A stretch of 63,976 bases of DNA, counting the filler, from Perkinsus olseni (Eukaryota): NCBI GenBank assembly GCA_013115125.1. It is 10 parts of 10 records of this genome, joined end to end, with 100 filler letters (N's around TTAATTAATTAA, not from the genome) between each part and the next. Parts side by side here need not be neighbours in the genome. Positions count along the whole stretch, not along the records: positions 1 to 6,484 come from JABANN010001093.1; positions 6,585 to 13,066 come from JABANN010001094.1; 8 more parts are not named here. One strand, 5' to 3'. Below, piece by piece: positions 1 to 12,939 of this stretch. Made by a program: the position numbers and the translations under genes. Each line of letters opens with the position of its first letter. Position 1 is the first letter of the stretch. The notes under the pieces were generated by a model, which was not told where the DNA came from, ran no database searches, and was given only the letters and a program-made list of their open reading frames with translations.

Positions 1-98
1 AGGCCGCTGGTGGTATCCACACCAAGCAGGAGATGGATGATCTCGTTGCTGCTGGTGCCACTCGTATTGGTGCATCCAAGGGACTTGCACTGATGTAA
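1..98 (+). CDS. deoC: Deoxyribose-phosphate aldolase, 3' end (5'-truncated by window/contig start)
   Basis: Frame from nt 3 reads AAGGIHTKQEMDDLVAAGATRIGASKGLALM*, matching the DeoC C-terminal KAAGG...GATRIG motif also seen in the copy at 5013-5914. Confidence 0.85.
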   Translation, partial: AAGGIHTKQEMDDLVAAGATRIGASKGLALM

Positions 99-1209
99 AC
101 TATCCGAGTAGCTGCTTTTGGCTATCGAATAAGTCATAATATGTCTAGTTTATAAGATCCTTGTGGGGGAATCATCCGCGAGGTCTGTAATAGGATACAT
201 TATCTAGTTGTGTTAGTTATTCAGGAGTGGAGCTGGTTGACGGTTTTCTCTCCGGGTTGCTGCCCAGGGTCGTTCCGTGTCTATTTGCTATTGGTCTGGA
301 CTGCCACCCGATGGGGTGAGACCGTCTTGCTCACGGCTTCGATCCTTGTTCGGGCTTGATAATAGAGGTTGAACAGTCTTTCGTAGGAGGCAACTCGGTT
401 CTCCTTGGCGATGGCACAGTTTCTTCCAGTAGCTGAAGATCATCCGTTGGAGCCGAGATAGCCCATCCTTCCAGCAGGGGCTCAGAGACAGAAGAGACTG
501 TCGCGGGCCTCGATAGTAGTGACGATAGAATATAACAATCTCAGAGCTGTGAGGGATGGCCTGCTGAAGCTCTCCAAGCGTCGGTGTGGTCGGTTCTCCA
601 TCGCCCCAGGACAATACCAATCGCGAAAGTTTTCACTCTTTGCACCGTCCCACTACTTCCTACCAGGGAGGAATTCTTCGGTTAAAATCACAGTTGCGAG
701 AGTTGCCATCCTCCGACCGCCTCAGGAAAGGCGTGTCACTGTTCCAGGGAACAGCCCCCACCTGCTCCACAAACGTCACCGCCAGATCTGATACTCCGAG
801 TATCATAATCGTGTCGAATTCCCAGGTCGATCCGCCTCGGGTGTGCATCTCTCATAGGGGTTTAACCTGAACTCTTCGGGATGCCTGCTTCTCGTCGATA
901 GCCGCCCCTCTTCACTCCGATATTACGAGAGCCCGTCGTCCTCTCCTCTTCCTGCACGTGTGCGCAGGATGCATGCGCACGCCCCAATGATCGATTGCCG
1001 GAGACGAAATCAATGACTAGGCCGCGTCTCGCCAGCGAAGTAACGTGGTAATTGTGTTATACGGTTATCTATAAGCCCTCAGTGAGCGTGAGTGTTCTTA
1101 AGGGAAGGTCATGTTGATCCAATCGCGAGCTCGTGATAGCTTATCGAGCGACGCCAAGGGATGAGCTTTATGCGTTATTGTGTTCACAGGGTCAGCTTAT
1201 CGGTGTTTT

Positions 1210-2502
1210 ATGATGAAAGCCGCAGCAGACTCTCCCTCCAGCAAGGTTCATACTGTGAGCAGCATCGGTCGCCCCGATGGCTCATCCAGTTTCAGAACCA
1301 TTGTCAACTTCGCTTTGGTGGCCATAGGTGTTGGTATTCTTGCCCTCCCTAGAGCCATCGCTCAAGGTGGTTGGATTGTTGGTAGCCTACTAATCTCTGT
1401 TGCTTGGGGTGTCTCACAGTATGCCATATTCTTGCTATGGAAATGTATGGTCATGGCTCCGGATGGTAAGGAGAAGTTCACTTCCTTCCCCGCCATCGGA
1501 CGTGAATGCTTTGGGAGGGTTGGTGAGGTTGTTGTAGCAGTGGTACTCTACGCAGATCTCCTCATGGTCTGTTCCCTGCTGGTCATACTCGTCGGTGATG
1601 GTATGCACCAGCTTGTTCCATCAGTCGAGCGCATATGGTGGTGTTTAATTTTCGTTGGCATCATGATGCCACTAGCGTGGATGCCTACGATGAAAGAGGT
1701 CGCCTTCGTTTCCGGTCTTGGGATTGCTGCAGCCTTCGTGACTGTTATTATGGTTATTGTTGCATCTTCAAGGGAAGTAGTGGACCCTGTGGAGGAGACC
1801 CACTACGAGCTTTTTCCGAGCACACCGATGCTTGCTACTTTGTCTTTTACCAACTTCATGAATGCGTTCACTGTAGCACCTGTCGTGCCCACTCTGATTA
1901 ATGACATGAGGAACCCCATGGCTTTCGCACGCGTGTCCGTGGTCGGATTCTTCCTTATCTTCGTCATTTTCGCGGCCATTGCTTTCGCGGGTTACGCTGG
2001 TTTCGGCCGCGGTCTCCTGGATTTCCCAAACGTTACCTTCGCTATTGCTGATGGACGTTCCAAGACAGATTGGGTGGTCCTAACAGTACAGATCGCCATC
2101 GAAGTGGTGTGCTTCTGTCATTTCCTTGTCATGTTCAACCCTGTATGCATCGGTGTTGAGAGCGCCATTCAGCATGTCAGGGGTAGATCAGTACCGTACT
2201 GGTTTAAGATGATATCGCGCTCGACGCTCATGATTATCTGTTTCGTCGTTGCCGTTAGCGTGCCTGGTTTCGGCTCTTTGGTGGACCTAGTAGGTGCCAC
2301 GTTAGTGATGCTGCTGCAAATAGTATTTCCTGTCGTTTTTTATCGAGTATTGAGACGCAAGTATTGTGAGATGGATGGAGTAGTTCGTCAGGGTGGAAGC
2401 AAGCTGCTCCGCTCCGCGGAATTCGGATTGGCCGTGTTGTCCCTCTGCCTCGCCCTTATTGGGATGGTATTTGGCACATGGTCTGCTGTAGTTTCCTGGT
2501 AG
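1210..2502 (+). CDS. Amino acid transporter (AAAP/Aa_trans, SLC36/38-like), intronless
   Basis: About 430 aa ORF with roughly 11 hydrophobic segments and the N-terminal motif AIGVGILALPRAIAQGGW. First ATG is at 1210. Confidence 0.88.
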   Translation: MMKAAADSPSSKVHTVSSIGRPDGSSSFRTIVNFALVAIGVGILALPRAIAQGGWIVGSLLISVAWGVSQYAIFLLWKCMVMAPDGKEKFTSFPAIGRECFGRVGEVVVAVVLYADLLMVCSLLVILVGDGMHQLVPSVERIWWCLIFVGIMMPLAWMPTMKEVAFVSGLGIAAAFVTVIMVIVASSREVVDPVEETHYELFPSTPMLATLSFTNFMNAFTVAPVVPTLINDMRNPMAFARVSVVGFFLIFVIFAAIAFAGYAGFGRGLLDFPNVTFAIADGRSKTDWVVLTVQIAIEVVCFCHFLVMFNPVCIGVESAIQHVRGRSVPYWFKMISRSTLMIICFVVAVSVPGFGSLVDLVGATLVMLLQIVFPVVFYRVLRRKYCEMDGVVRQGGSKLLRSAEFGLAVLSLCLALIGMVFGTWSAVVSW

Positions 2503-3239
2503 GGATAGTCGTTGGATATGACTAGAGTGTTTTCAATCTCAAGGTCTTCGACCGAATAATTCCACTGCACTTTCCGCACTGGAAGTGCAAGGTTAGTCTC
2601 CTCATGTAAAGGTTATGTACAATGTTCATCGTCAGTCTGGTCCCATGCGAATGGTGGTAATGCACCATGATTTTCGCATATAACTTTACATCAACGCTTA
2701 TCGTTTCCCACCTAAGATAGTTCTTTACAGGTATAAGTTTAATACCCCGATCGTCTCTTTTGTTCGAACTGAGTTGTGTTGTCACCCGCGATGGGAGATG
2801 GAGCGGAAGCAAGGAACTGTCGACTCTGTTGCTTCGTAAATTGTCGGGCCTGATGATGGTACGCTCGGGCTACCCACGAGTTATCATCATTCCACTGGGG
2901 AAAAGCTTTTTATGTGGACCACGATGTCATGATCCGCGGTTCTACAAGTGCTAACACTAGAGGCAAAGGGAAAGGCAAAAGTGGAGCTGCTGAACTTTGT
3001 AGTTATCCTATCATCTCCGCTCAGGCTCACCAGCCAGAGTGCCTCATACACGGCAGGAGAGAGAAAAGGCGCCGAATGGCCGGAAGCGGTAATACCATGA
3101 ATGACACTGTTGCAACGTGCGGCACATGATCTGAGTTCGTGGTCGACCTCAGCCCTGCTGCCAACGAGTCGCCCACCTCACCTAAGGAGAGCGGCGATCG
3201 GTAGGAGGTCGCTCACTCGCATCACCGTGTCGTGTCGCG

Positions 3240-4313
3240 ATGCTAAAGCGGTTCAGTTCCCTTGGCCGCAATCTTCTCGGTCAAGCCCAGGCCGAGTTCG
3301 ATCGTATTGTGGCTGAGTCCGGCAAATTGAGGAAGCTGCTTGCGGCAAACCAGCAGGCATCGGAATCCCAGAGAGCGACCATAGGGGACCTCGAGATCAA
3401 GGTGGACAGCCTGCGCGAACTACAGCTCACAATTCTACTCACTTTCTTCAGCTGGACGAAGCTCAAGCGGAAATTGAGAAGTTAAAAAAGGATGGTACTA
3501 GTCGGGAGGTTGAGCTACGTGGGTGAGTTACACTGGATCGGTTATGGAGTTTGTATGTTTGCTGACTGCAGATCACTCTCAACAGCCAAAAGTAAATTGA
3601 ATGAGCTCCAGGGGACCATTAAGCAGTTGAAGGAGGAACTTGATGCAGCCCGGGAAGGTGACTACTCGAGGGGTAAGCGAACTAGATCACCTCACCGTAT
3701 TCAGAGTCGGAGTCGCGGGGGCAGGCATGCGATCAGCTCGGTGAGCAGATTGCGAAGTTGCAGGCTGAAAACAAGTCTAGTGTGGCCGAGCTCGCTTCCC
3801 TTCGTGAGCATGTGAGTCGAGGTTTTGCCTGAGGAAGGTGGTGCACGCATCGCGCCATCGGCATAGGTCCATCGGCTACAAGGTGGTGGTCCTTCCCGAG
3901 GAGGATCTCGCAGCTCTAAAAATCACAGAAGGTTCGGTGTACAGTACATTCTGATCCGAACGTTGCGCTCCTAGGCATAGGGGGAGGCGCTATCGGCAGT
4001 CGTCGAAGCAGGGCCTGCCTCATTCGTATGGCAGCAGTCGTACCACGGGCAGCAGCTCGGCTGAGGTATTCCGGGCGGGTCAGTACCGTCGAATGTATTG
4101 AAGTGTAGGCAGCGGAAGAGAAGTCAGAACCGGCTGAGGACAGCGTAGTAGCTCTCCTCGAGAGGAAGAGTCGGGAGGTACACTCACTGAGAAGGGAACT
4201 GGGTGGGCTTCCCAACGCCTTTGGAGGCATCTGAGAATATCGTTGCGGTTTTAGAGATTGCCCGCAAGGACAACGCTGCAATGTACGCGGCTCTTAAAGC
4301 TAATAACCAGTGA
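3240..4313 (+). CDS. Multi-exon coiled-coil hypothetical protein (3' end uncertain)
   Basis: ATG at 3240. Heptad-like exons (DLEIK|LDEAQAEIEKLKKD; KSKLNELQGTIKQLKEELDAARE) are joined in frame by short GT-AG introns. Confidence 0.45.
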
Positions 4314-5012
4314 GTTGCCGATAATCCCGATGTTCTGTTTTTGGCACTTGGCGGCCGCCTGACCGCACCCCACGATGCGGACCCTACCCGTTCTCAGGAT
4401 TCATGCCCCACCTTCCGTCGCCCACCCTCCCCTTCCGCGTGCACCTGTACTTCCCCCTATTAGTGCGCTCGCCGGCGATGCCGGTGGAGTGGGCATCATG
4501 TCGCGTATATTGAACTTGGATCCGGTGTTGCCGAGGATGGCCATTCAGGTGACTCACAGTCTGTGTCACAGAGGTTGCTCGGTGTTGGTGTCAGCCCCAG
4601 GTTGCCGCTAGTTCCGATTGACTTGGTCGTTCCCTCTCAGAAAGAACTCAACGCCCGAAACTTGAGCCCTGTCCGCCATTACTAGTCTGCAAGTCATATC
4701 ACTGGCGAATCCTTGAGTGTGACCATTCTGAGGCCTACGCTGTCTACAATTCGTAACTCATGGGATGTCGAACGATGTTGCCGACTTTATCAGGATTCCA
4801 CGCCGGTTGAGTTTAACAGTTTGGAAGATTATAGGACAGGGCAACTTCGACTTGACTACCCCTACATACCGATTAGGGAGCAGAGCGGTCGTGCGAAAGT
4901 GTTGTGCATGCGTGCGGGCGAACACGCGTGTCATGCTCGAGCTGAGGCTATGAAAGAATGGCGGCAAGGCTGAGTTTATTAGAACATCTCCGAAGTTGGA
5001 CAAACCTCTCCG

Positions 5013-5914
5013 ATGCCCTCCTACGCTGTTCCCTTCTTCAAAGGGTCCGGCCCACAGCCCCCAACGTTCACCTGCCCCAACGCCTATGCCTCGGCGGCGG
5101 TGCCGCCCAAGAAGAATAAGTTGATCGATCACACTCTGTTGAAGCCGGAAGCGAGCGAGAGTCAGATCCGCAAGCTCTGTGAGGAAGCTAAGCAATACGA
5201 TTTCGCGAGCGTCTGCATCAATCCCTACTGGGTTCGCCTTGGCCACGAGCTACTGAAGGACACCGATGTTAGAGTTTGCACCGTCGTAGGGTTCCCGCTT
5301 GGAGCCTCGGCCGTAGCTTCGAAGGGACTAGAAGCTGTAGAGGCAGTGAAGGACGGCGCCAGGGAGGTGGATATGGTCATTAATGTGGGCGAGATCAAGA
5401 GCAAAAACTACCAGGCGGTTGAGGACGATGTTTACTGCGTTGTGAACTCTGTTAGAGCCCATCTCGCCAATACAGGAGCTGATCAAAAAACTGGTGGTGT
5501 AGTTGTGAAGGTAAGCCTCTTGGCCCTCGATCATCACGAAACTCCCTCCCTGTAGTCTGGGAGTTGCTCTGTGCTCGTTGGCTGATGTGTTAGCAGGCCG
5601 CGCATGGTCGTTCTTTTCAGGTCATTTTGGAGTGTTGTCTCCTCACGGATGAAGAGGTCGTCCAAGCTTGCAGGGCGTGCGTCGCTGCCGGTGCTGACTT
5701 CGTTAAGACAAGTACCGGTTTCAATAAGTTCGGTGCCACCGAGCATCACGTCAAGTTGATGCGCGACACAGTTGGAGACAAAGTTGGTGTAAAGGCTGCG
5801 GGCGGAGTGAGAACGGCCGAAGACATGGACAAGATGGTTCATGCCGGCGCCACTCGCATCGGGACCTCCAACGGTGTTGCCCTCATGACTGGCGGTACCG
5901 GCGCGGGATACTGA
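5013..5914 (+). CDS. deoC: Deoxyribose-phosphate aldolase, 2 exons (intron 5511-5620)
   Basis: Motifs [39 protein letters not shown] and GATRIGTS. A gtaag...ttttcag intron joins the two ORFs in frame. Confidence 0.95.
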
Positions 5915-6348
5915 ACGTTACAGGTCGATTGTGATTGGAGTATGGCCTATTGACTATTGTGCCTATCTCGATATTATGTCAAGGAAGTTCTTCCCTTCTC
6001 ATACGGATTTCATCTAGAGGGATTTGCTTTGAGTTTCCCGATTGATCAATCCTCCCAAAAGCGTTATATAAGGTAAGTATGTCATTTAGAGAGAAAGGAA
6101 GTTGGCATGGTATGTCCGTAGCATGATGAGTCCGAAGACTCAAAGAGGATGGCGTGAAGATGCGCGGACACACAATTTCTGTCTCTCTGGCTTTTGCGGC
6201 TTAGCTCGACGACGCTAGCAGAAGCGTCCATAGCGATCGTAGCATTTCATGGGCTTCTTCATCTCGTATCTAATCGGTTTAGTCGTACATGTGTATCCAC
6301 GATATCGTCTCTTCAGGTTTTATAGTTATTAATCAACTTCACTACAGA

Positions 6349-6484
6349 ATGTCCTTCCCCGTTCCATTCTTCAAGGGTATGACTCCCGTCCCTCAGGCTT
6401 TCACTTGCCCCAACGCTTATGCTAGTGACAAGGCCCCTGAGAAGAGGAATAAGTTTATCGATCATACTCAGCTCGCCGCTGATG
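6349..6484 (+). CDS. deoC: Deoxyribose-phosphate aldolase paralogue, 5' end (truncated by contig end)
   Basis: [42 protein letters not shown] aligns directly to the N-terminus of the 5013 copy. Confidence 0.85.
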
Positions 6485-6584
6485 NNNNNNNNNNNNNNNN
6501 NNNNNNNNNNNNNNNNNNNNNNNNNNNNTTAATTAATTAANNNNNNNNNNNNNNNNNNNNNNNNNNNNNNNNNNNNNNNNNNNN
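6485..6584. other. Artificial contig spacer (44 N + TTAATTAATTAA + 44 N); identical spacers at 13067-13166, 19648-19747, 26227-26326, 32788-32887, 39339-39438, 45875-45974, 52392-52491, 58867-58966
   Basis: Identical 100-nt block with stops in all six frames. The intervening contigs decrease in length from 6484 to 6375 nt. Confidence 0.99.
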
Positions 6585-6711
6585 AAAGTACTACTGTGAG
6601 GCTAACGATAAGGAGAGTATGGAGAAGGCTCAGGAGAAGTTGGAAGTCGTTGTTAACAATGTCATCGATCATTTCCTTCAACCCAAGAAATACAATTTGG
6701 GTACCCGATAA
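6585..6711 (+). CDS. PGM2: Phosphoglucomutase-2/phosphopentomutase-like, 3' end, copy 1
   Basis: Reads KYYCEANDKESMEKAQEKLEVVVNNVIDHFLQPKKYNLGTR*, resembling the PGM2 C-terminus (KYYAE...HFFQPQKYNL). This frame is not in the ORF track. Confidence 0.7.
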
Positions 6712-7889
6712 GTTGACCACCGCCGCCGTCGCTTCGATCCCGGAGAATTCTGTTGGCTTTCGACCATCGTCGGGCGGTGTCCTCTTCTAATACATTTACC
6801 CCATTCTCAGGCGGGTTTATATTTTATATACGAGACACTGTGTGTCGTCCATCGAGAGATACGTTTGTTGTTGTGTTTTAGCAGTACTAAATTATTACTG
6901 GGATTTGTGGACAAAGGCGATAGCAACTCACACCGAGTTGTAGTCGCCGCAAGACGCTTGGGTCCGACTATTCACAGACCACCTCGATGTGCCGGTGGTC
7001 GACGACCCCCCTGAACAGGAACTTTCGACGGCGAGAGACGATCAAGAGGCAACTGCGGAATCGCAGCAGGAGTTGTCTCACGATTGCTGGCCCGCCCACG
7101 CCTCGGGAATCACACTACTTGAGGGTCATCGTAGGATGACGGGACGATTCCAGTGACCGCTTCCGAGCTCGTGATGGCAAGATGCCGATGAGCCCATCTT
7201 TTCTCAAGCTAGCTAAACTCAAGAGACGGAAGTCGTAGTGTTGAGCTACGATAGGCCGAATGATCGATGACCGGTAGCGCTAGGCCTGAGGGGCCGTGTC
7301 TTCATCCTTAAAGTGCTTGAAGGTTGAAGAGGTGGTCTGCCATAGCTCAATACTGCGGGCTTGAACCTTCAGCTCCCACGGTCGAGGCGCTGCAGGCTGA
7401 ATGCGAATGAGGAACCACCGGTATATTGATTTTCTGATTCGGTGATACTTCGTAGGCACTCCAAGGCAAGTGTGAGAAAGCTTTTGCTTGGAAGCTCAGC
7501 AGGATAGTCACCAACTCGTCCGCCTCTACTGGTAGCTGATACGGGCGTTGGATTGTCGGGCAACAACAGTGTACGAGATGGGCGGCCAAAACCAAACAGA
7601 ACCATTGATGGCTGGGATGGGGTTCGCTCAGAATAGCTTGCGGGCTACGTGGTGGAGCGATTCCCCATCTTCAATTGGGTGTATATCCTACGTGTATCGC
7701 GGCTTTCTCCGTCTTCTGATATCGATGATAGCTGGCGGGTTGTGAAGGTCCACAGAGACAAGGACCCCCGAGCCTCGGGGCCCGAGGCCTTCTGGGCCGA
7801 TGACCGCGTCACGTTGCGCATGCGTGCGGGGGATGCTCGGGTTGGATACCCTCCGGTAGTAGCATTGCTGTGTGGGCGAGTACGAGCCC

Positions 7890-9533
7890 ATGCTGCTGTC
7901 GAGGATTGGCAGAGTTACTCTGGGGTTGATAGTAAGACCCAACGGAGGTCCCCGCTGAGACGTGCTGTTGTTGTTACCTCAGGTGTTGGCGTTGGTAATC
8001 GTCATATTCGTAGCCTCAGGAGTAGCCATCCAACTCATCTTCACCAACGGTGACTACCGTAAACCCTTGGCCTTGACAGTAGGGACCCTGAAGTGTCCAC
8101 CGGGGCTATATAACATGGCAGGTCTACTCCCTCACCCTAGCCGCTCTTTTGCTACCAATACAGCCCTTCCTCGGACGATGTCGCAGCAAGTCGGGCAGCG
8201 GAAACTCAGACGGTTCGGAATGTCGTGACCACAGCACAGCTCCACGATGGCCGCGAAAGCGCTACGTTTGCCTGCTTGGTATACTAATTTTACACGAGTC
8301 TTTGGACCTTCCTGCCCATCAGGTGTCTTGTGGTTCGCAGCCCAATTGACGTACAATACATCGCTTCTGTAAGGCAGAGGATCTCTCATCTCAGCTCATT
8401 CCCACCTGTTAGGTACACCTCAGTAGCGAGTAACAGTTCCTTGTCCAGCTCTTCAGCCATTTTCGCCTTCATTTTTTCTATAGTACGACCAATGGACGAA
8501 TCCATTCGAAAATGCATACCAACTGTCGCAGGTGATCCTTCGTTATCCCCTCTTGCGTGTGGTGCCGATCCTGGCAACCCTTCTCTGCGTCTCCGGTGTT
8601 GTAGTAACAGCCATCAATCAGCCCAAACCCGACGCCAGCTCAGCGGTAAGTCTCATCTTCCATCCACACCAGAATAATGATCATCCACGAACCCAACAGG
8701 TTCGGGAAACCCCACTAGGCTACCTCCTGGCTCTGGGCTCAGCTTGCTGCTATGGGATGTTCACTTGCTGCTTGAAGCGTTGGGTAACCAATGGTGAGTC
8801 TCAGTCGTCGGCCGAGGCGTTCCGCGACAGGTGCTAGACGAAGGAAGGATGGTCTACGTCTTCGGCATGTTCGGTGTCATCGCCTTTATTATTGGAGTAG
8901 TGTGTTTCAGCGAGTGCAAGCTTCTCACCAGTGTTGTGGTCAGGTCCCTTCGTTAATAGTATGCCACTTCACAGGCCTCGAGAAATTAGTAAGGCTATCC
9001 TCGAGCACTCTCACCACTTGCAGTCTTATCCAGGTGCTCCCAACGTGGGCTCAGTGGGGTGCTATCACAGCGAATGCTATCATCGGCAGCGTCGTCTCAG
9101 ATTACATGCTTTCAGTTGCGGTAAGCCAGACCGCATTGGCTGTGCCCCTAGTTCTCTTCAGGTCATCCTCCTCTCCCCACTGGTAGTCTCCCTCGGGCTC
9201 GCGTTGACAATCCCTCTGTCATTGCTCGCCGATGGTAGCCCAGCGAGTGAGGCTGTCCAGAGGACTTCCTGCCCGTCAGGTTTGATCCTACGCCTCCACA
9301 CTTTCAAGGCCATCTATCTCCTAGGGGCGGCATTGGTGTTCACAGCAGTAGGGCTCATCAGCTGGGACACGTACGGCCACACTTGCGAGATACTCACCAG
9401 TACACCAACTCTTAGGTATAGAGTTGAGCGAAAGCGAGAGAAAGCTACCGAGAGGGATGGTGGGAAGGAGGTGTCGACTCCAGAAGAGAGACGACAAGAA
9501 GGAGTCACCACACCTTCAATACAGAGCGGATGA
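7890..9533 (+). CDS. SLC35F/Thi74-like EamA (DMT) transporter, multi-exon
   Basis: Spliced exons give MLLSRIGRVTLGLI|VLALVIVIFVASGVAIQLIF, WFAAQLTYNTSL, YTSVASNSSLSSSSAIFAF, GYLLALGSACCYG and GSVVSDYM...SPLVVSLGLALTIPLSLLAD. Confidence 0.8.
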
Positions 9534-10075
9534 GGACCACCAGAGCCCGAAGGATGGAGATGAGAGTACATTGGTAAACATACGTTTTTGGGACGCTTGC
9601 AGACTTTCTTAAACAGTTTGTTGTTGTTCTTCTTCGGAATGTTAAGTTCTTCTGCTTGCCGCTACTCGCTAGAGTATGATTGAGTTGGATAGTGTTGTTG
9701 GGGAGTAAGTGTGCTCGAAGGTGCACCCCCGGTGAGCACGCAACTCCTGTCGTCCGCAGCTAACTCGGCTCATTGCTCGGTATCACTCTCTACGGCTCTT
9801 AGCCGCCATAACAGTTACATCTACCTTTTCCACTGCGAATGTGCAAAAACGCAACTGAAAGCAAATTAAACTCTGCACTACTCGATTGTTCATCAAAACT
9901 ACAACTCAACATTGTTCTCTCAACTACAACTCAACGAATGCGATGGATACTGATATCGGATATGAGAAATTCTTGGTAAGATTGGCACAACAAAATAAAG
10001 TAACTTCACATGATGATGCTTTCCGCATCTTAAAGTAAACTCGTAATAAACACATATCACACAAACGTCTGTTGC

Positions 10076-11753
10076 TTAAACGAAGAGCATCTTCGGCTCT
10101 GTCACAGCAACCGTGGTTGTTTCGGTAATGGGATCGAAAGGATTCTCCTGGGATGATTCATCCTGAGAAAGATGCCATTAACTACTAGGATGCTTCAACA
10201 TGGTGGACTTACGGAAGTTATCTCGCCAGCTAAGTTCTTCCCAAATTCGTTCTTAATCTGATCGATAGTGTAACCCTTACCGAGGAAATAGCTCAACTTA
10301 GCGACCGCGGCCTCCGGGGTCATATCGCCACCACTGATAACGCCGTAGCGGAGGAGCTGAGAGCCAGCCGCGTAGTCACCGAGGCTGACGATACCCTTGA
10401 CGACTTGGGATACCACCACAACGGGGATCTTCTCATCATCTAACCTGACAGGAGAGAATATGAACGAGACGACGAGAAATGAGAATAGTTACTTCTGCAA
10501 CCAGGAGAGGAAGTTTTCATTGGAAGGAGCATTGCCAGTGCCGTATAGCAGAAGGACCACACCGTTAATGTCTTTGACATCAAGAGACAGAAGGCTAGAC
10601 AAGCCAGGAATCTGAACGTATGAAACTCGATCGAAAACATTATTGATGAGAAGGACTCACCATGCGAACAGCGAGAATAGAGTCTGCCATTGTTGTCTGG
10701 ACGGAGAGATCAGCTGATGGTGCAGGGAGCATGAGGTCTTTGCTGAAATCGATGCCAACGCCTATGGTCGCGAGGGGACGAAGTTTGGGTGAGCCAAAAG
10801 CTTGGATAGCACTGGCATCAACCTGATCGGATACCGCGATACATGAAAGGCTGGCTCATGTCGACTGTTATCTCTTACCTTGGTGGCTCTGTTGCCTCTC
10901 AGGAGAACCGTGTCGAAGAAGATGCTGACCTCGGGTATGGTGTACTTACCTGAATGATATCAGTTAACTAGTCCGATCGAAGGCTGCTCCAACAACTTAC
11001 CAGCTAACATGACCGACACAACGATGTTCCTCTTGGCATCGCTGTGGGGCTCAACGAAAGGCAAAATTGATCCAGTGATGATGACAGTCTTCGACAAGTT
11101 GTCGAGCATCAGAGAGAGGGCACTAGAAGTGTAGGCCATCGAATCCGTTCCGTGAAGGATGACGAAACCGTCATAGTCATCGTAGTTCTCTTCAATGGTC
11201 TAAAGACAACACTGAAACTCGAAAGGCGAGTACACAGCAGCATACCTTAGCCATCGTGACCCAATTTTGCGGAGTAGCATCAGAGCTATCAATCAGATGC
11301 TCATACTCGAGGACGGTGAACTCTGGCATGCCAGGTTGTTGCAACTCCTCCATGTTGTTAATCTGGTCTGTCAAATACCCCGGTACTGGATGAAGCGTAC
11401 CGTTAGGGAACGCCTGCATGCCGATAGTACCACCAGTATAGATGATCAGTACCTGTGGAAGGGTCATCACCACGGCTGTCATCAAAGTAGTAAAGTTAAC
11501 TCACCTTCCCAGGAGCATGCTCGACCATAGGACAATAGACAGGGTCCATGCCAGCAGCATTGGCTGGTTGATATTTATAACCAAAGCCATCATGATACAT
11601 ACCAAAACATGATCCATCAGTCTTACAGTAGGACCCCTGCTTGGAGGAGTCACAGGAGTCGACGCTCTGGCACAACTGTGAACAGTAGTCCGCGCCGTGA
11701 CCAAATGCTACACCGGCTGTGAGAGCGATATACAACAGACTTGAAAAACGCAT
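10076..11753 (-). CDS. Type I-like L-asparaginase with N-terminal signal peptide and Cys-rich module, multi-exon
   Basis: Exon 1 (11753-11505) encodes MRFSSLLYIALTAGVAFG plus a Cys module. A phase-0 intron (11504-11453) leads to VLIIYTGGTIGM. Later exons give HGTDSMAY, TGS.LP, RGNRATK, YGTGNA and DMTPEAAVAKL. Confidence 0.9.
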
Positions 11754-12939
11754 GGATGAAAAGAAGAATAACAACTGAAACTTGCGCTCTCCATACCACA
11801 GAAGTCACAGTAAAATCGTCGCAATGGATCATCTCTAGTGGCTAGACGTCCGCAGCTTAGTCGTCGCTAGAATCTAGCCGCTAGCCTAAGCGTGTCACGG
11901 ACTATCATGTCACTCATGGTATTGGCTTCACATCACAGTGGATCCAGATTTGTAAAACACTGATCGATCGATACCTGCGGAGGGCGACCCCATGGTAGTT
12001 ATTAAGTATTCGAAGCCGGGGAATTCCGTGAAAACCTGTTGTGGAGACAGCTGCACAAAAACGTCTCAACTTCCCAGAATCAATCTTTTTATAGCGCAGG
12101 TTTCAGTTGTTGTTATTGCATACGCAATCGAGGAAGCTGAGGTCACGTGTGGCCTGTCCCAACTTCTCCCGCCACTGGCAAGTACTGAGTCCAGGATAGA
12201 TGACCTAAATCCGAGGCCCAAAACCTAAGGCGCAGTACAAAACCGAAGAGAGGCCAGGCACACGGCTAGACCCCAAGGCAGAGAACGAACCCCAAAGCAG
12301 TGTCGCCAGGAAAAGCGCGATGCTAGCGCAAATGCTTTCCCTTGTCACGAACCCCAGGGAAGTGTCACCGGAGCGGTGCAGGATGAGCAGCTGTAATGCC
12401 TCCTCGTCTATGGGTTGCAGCTGAGGATGATCGAGGATGTATGTACCGATTACGAGGATGTACAGTACCTGTAGAACACAAGATACGGTCGAATGCAGCC
12501 GATGAGAACAGGACACCAACTCATTCATCAAAGTTCTTAGACCGGAGAGCTCGGCATCCCATGGAGAACGATCGCGTGGCTTGGTATGCATCCATCTCAC
12601 TTGGATTTTGGTCGGCTGACCAAAAACATTCTCACGGCCTCGGCCGACAGCCCGTCTCACTGTAGTTGCAAATTTTAACTGCCAGTAGCGCCAGTCCTTC
12701 TAACGCCTGATAATCGACTAACAGGTACACCTTCCATCACACCTGTAGTACCGCTAGAACGGTGAACACAACAAGAGTATCTCGTATTATTATCAATAGA
12801 CGACACACAATGTCTCGCATATAAAATATAAACTCGCCTGAGAATGGGGTAAATGTATTAGAAGAGGACACCGCCCGTCGATGGTCGAAAGCCAACAGAA
12901 TTCTCCGGGATCGAAGCGACGGCGGCGGCGGTGGTCAAC

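Noticed and set aside
12205-12660. Hydrophobic minus-strand ORF between the asparaginase and PGM2 copy 2
   Set aside because: It may be a gene fragment, but no start, family or complete splice model could be supported.
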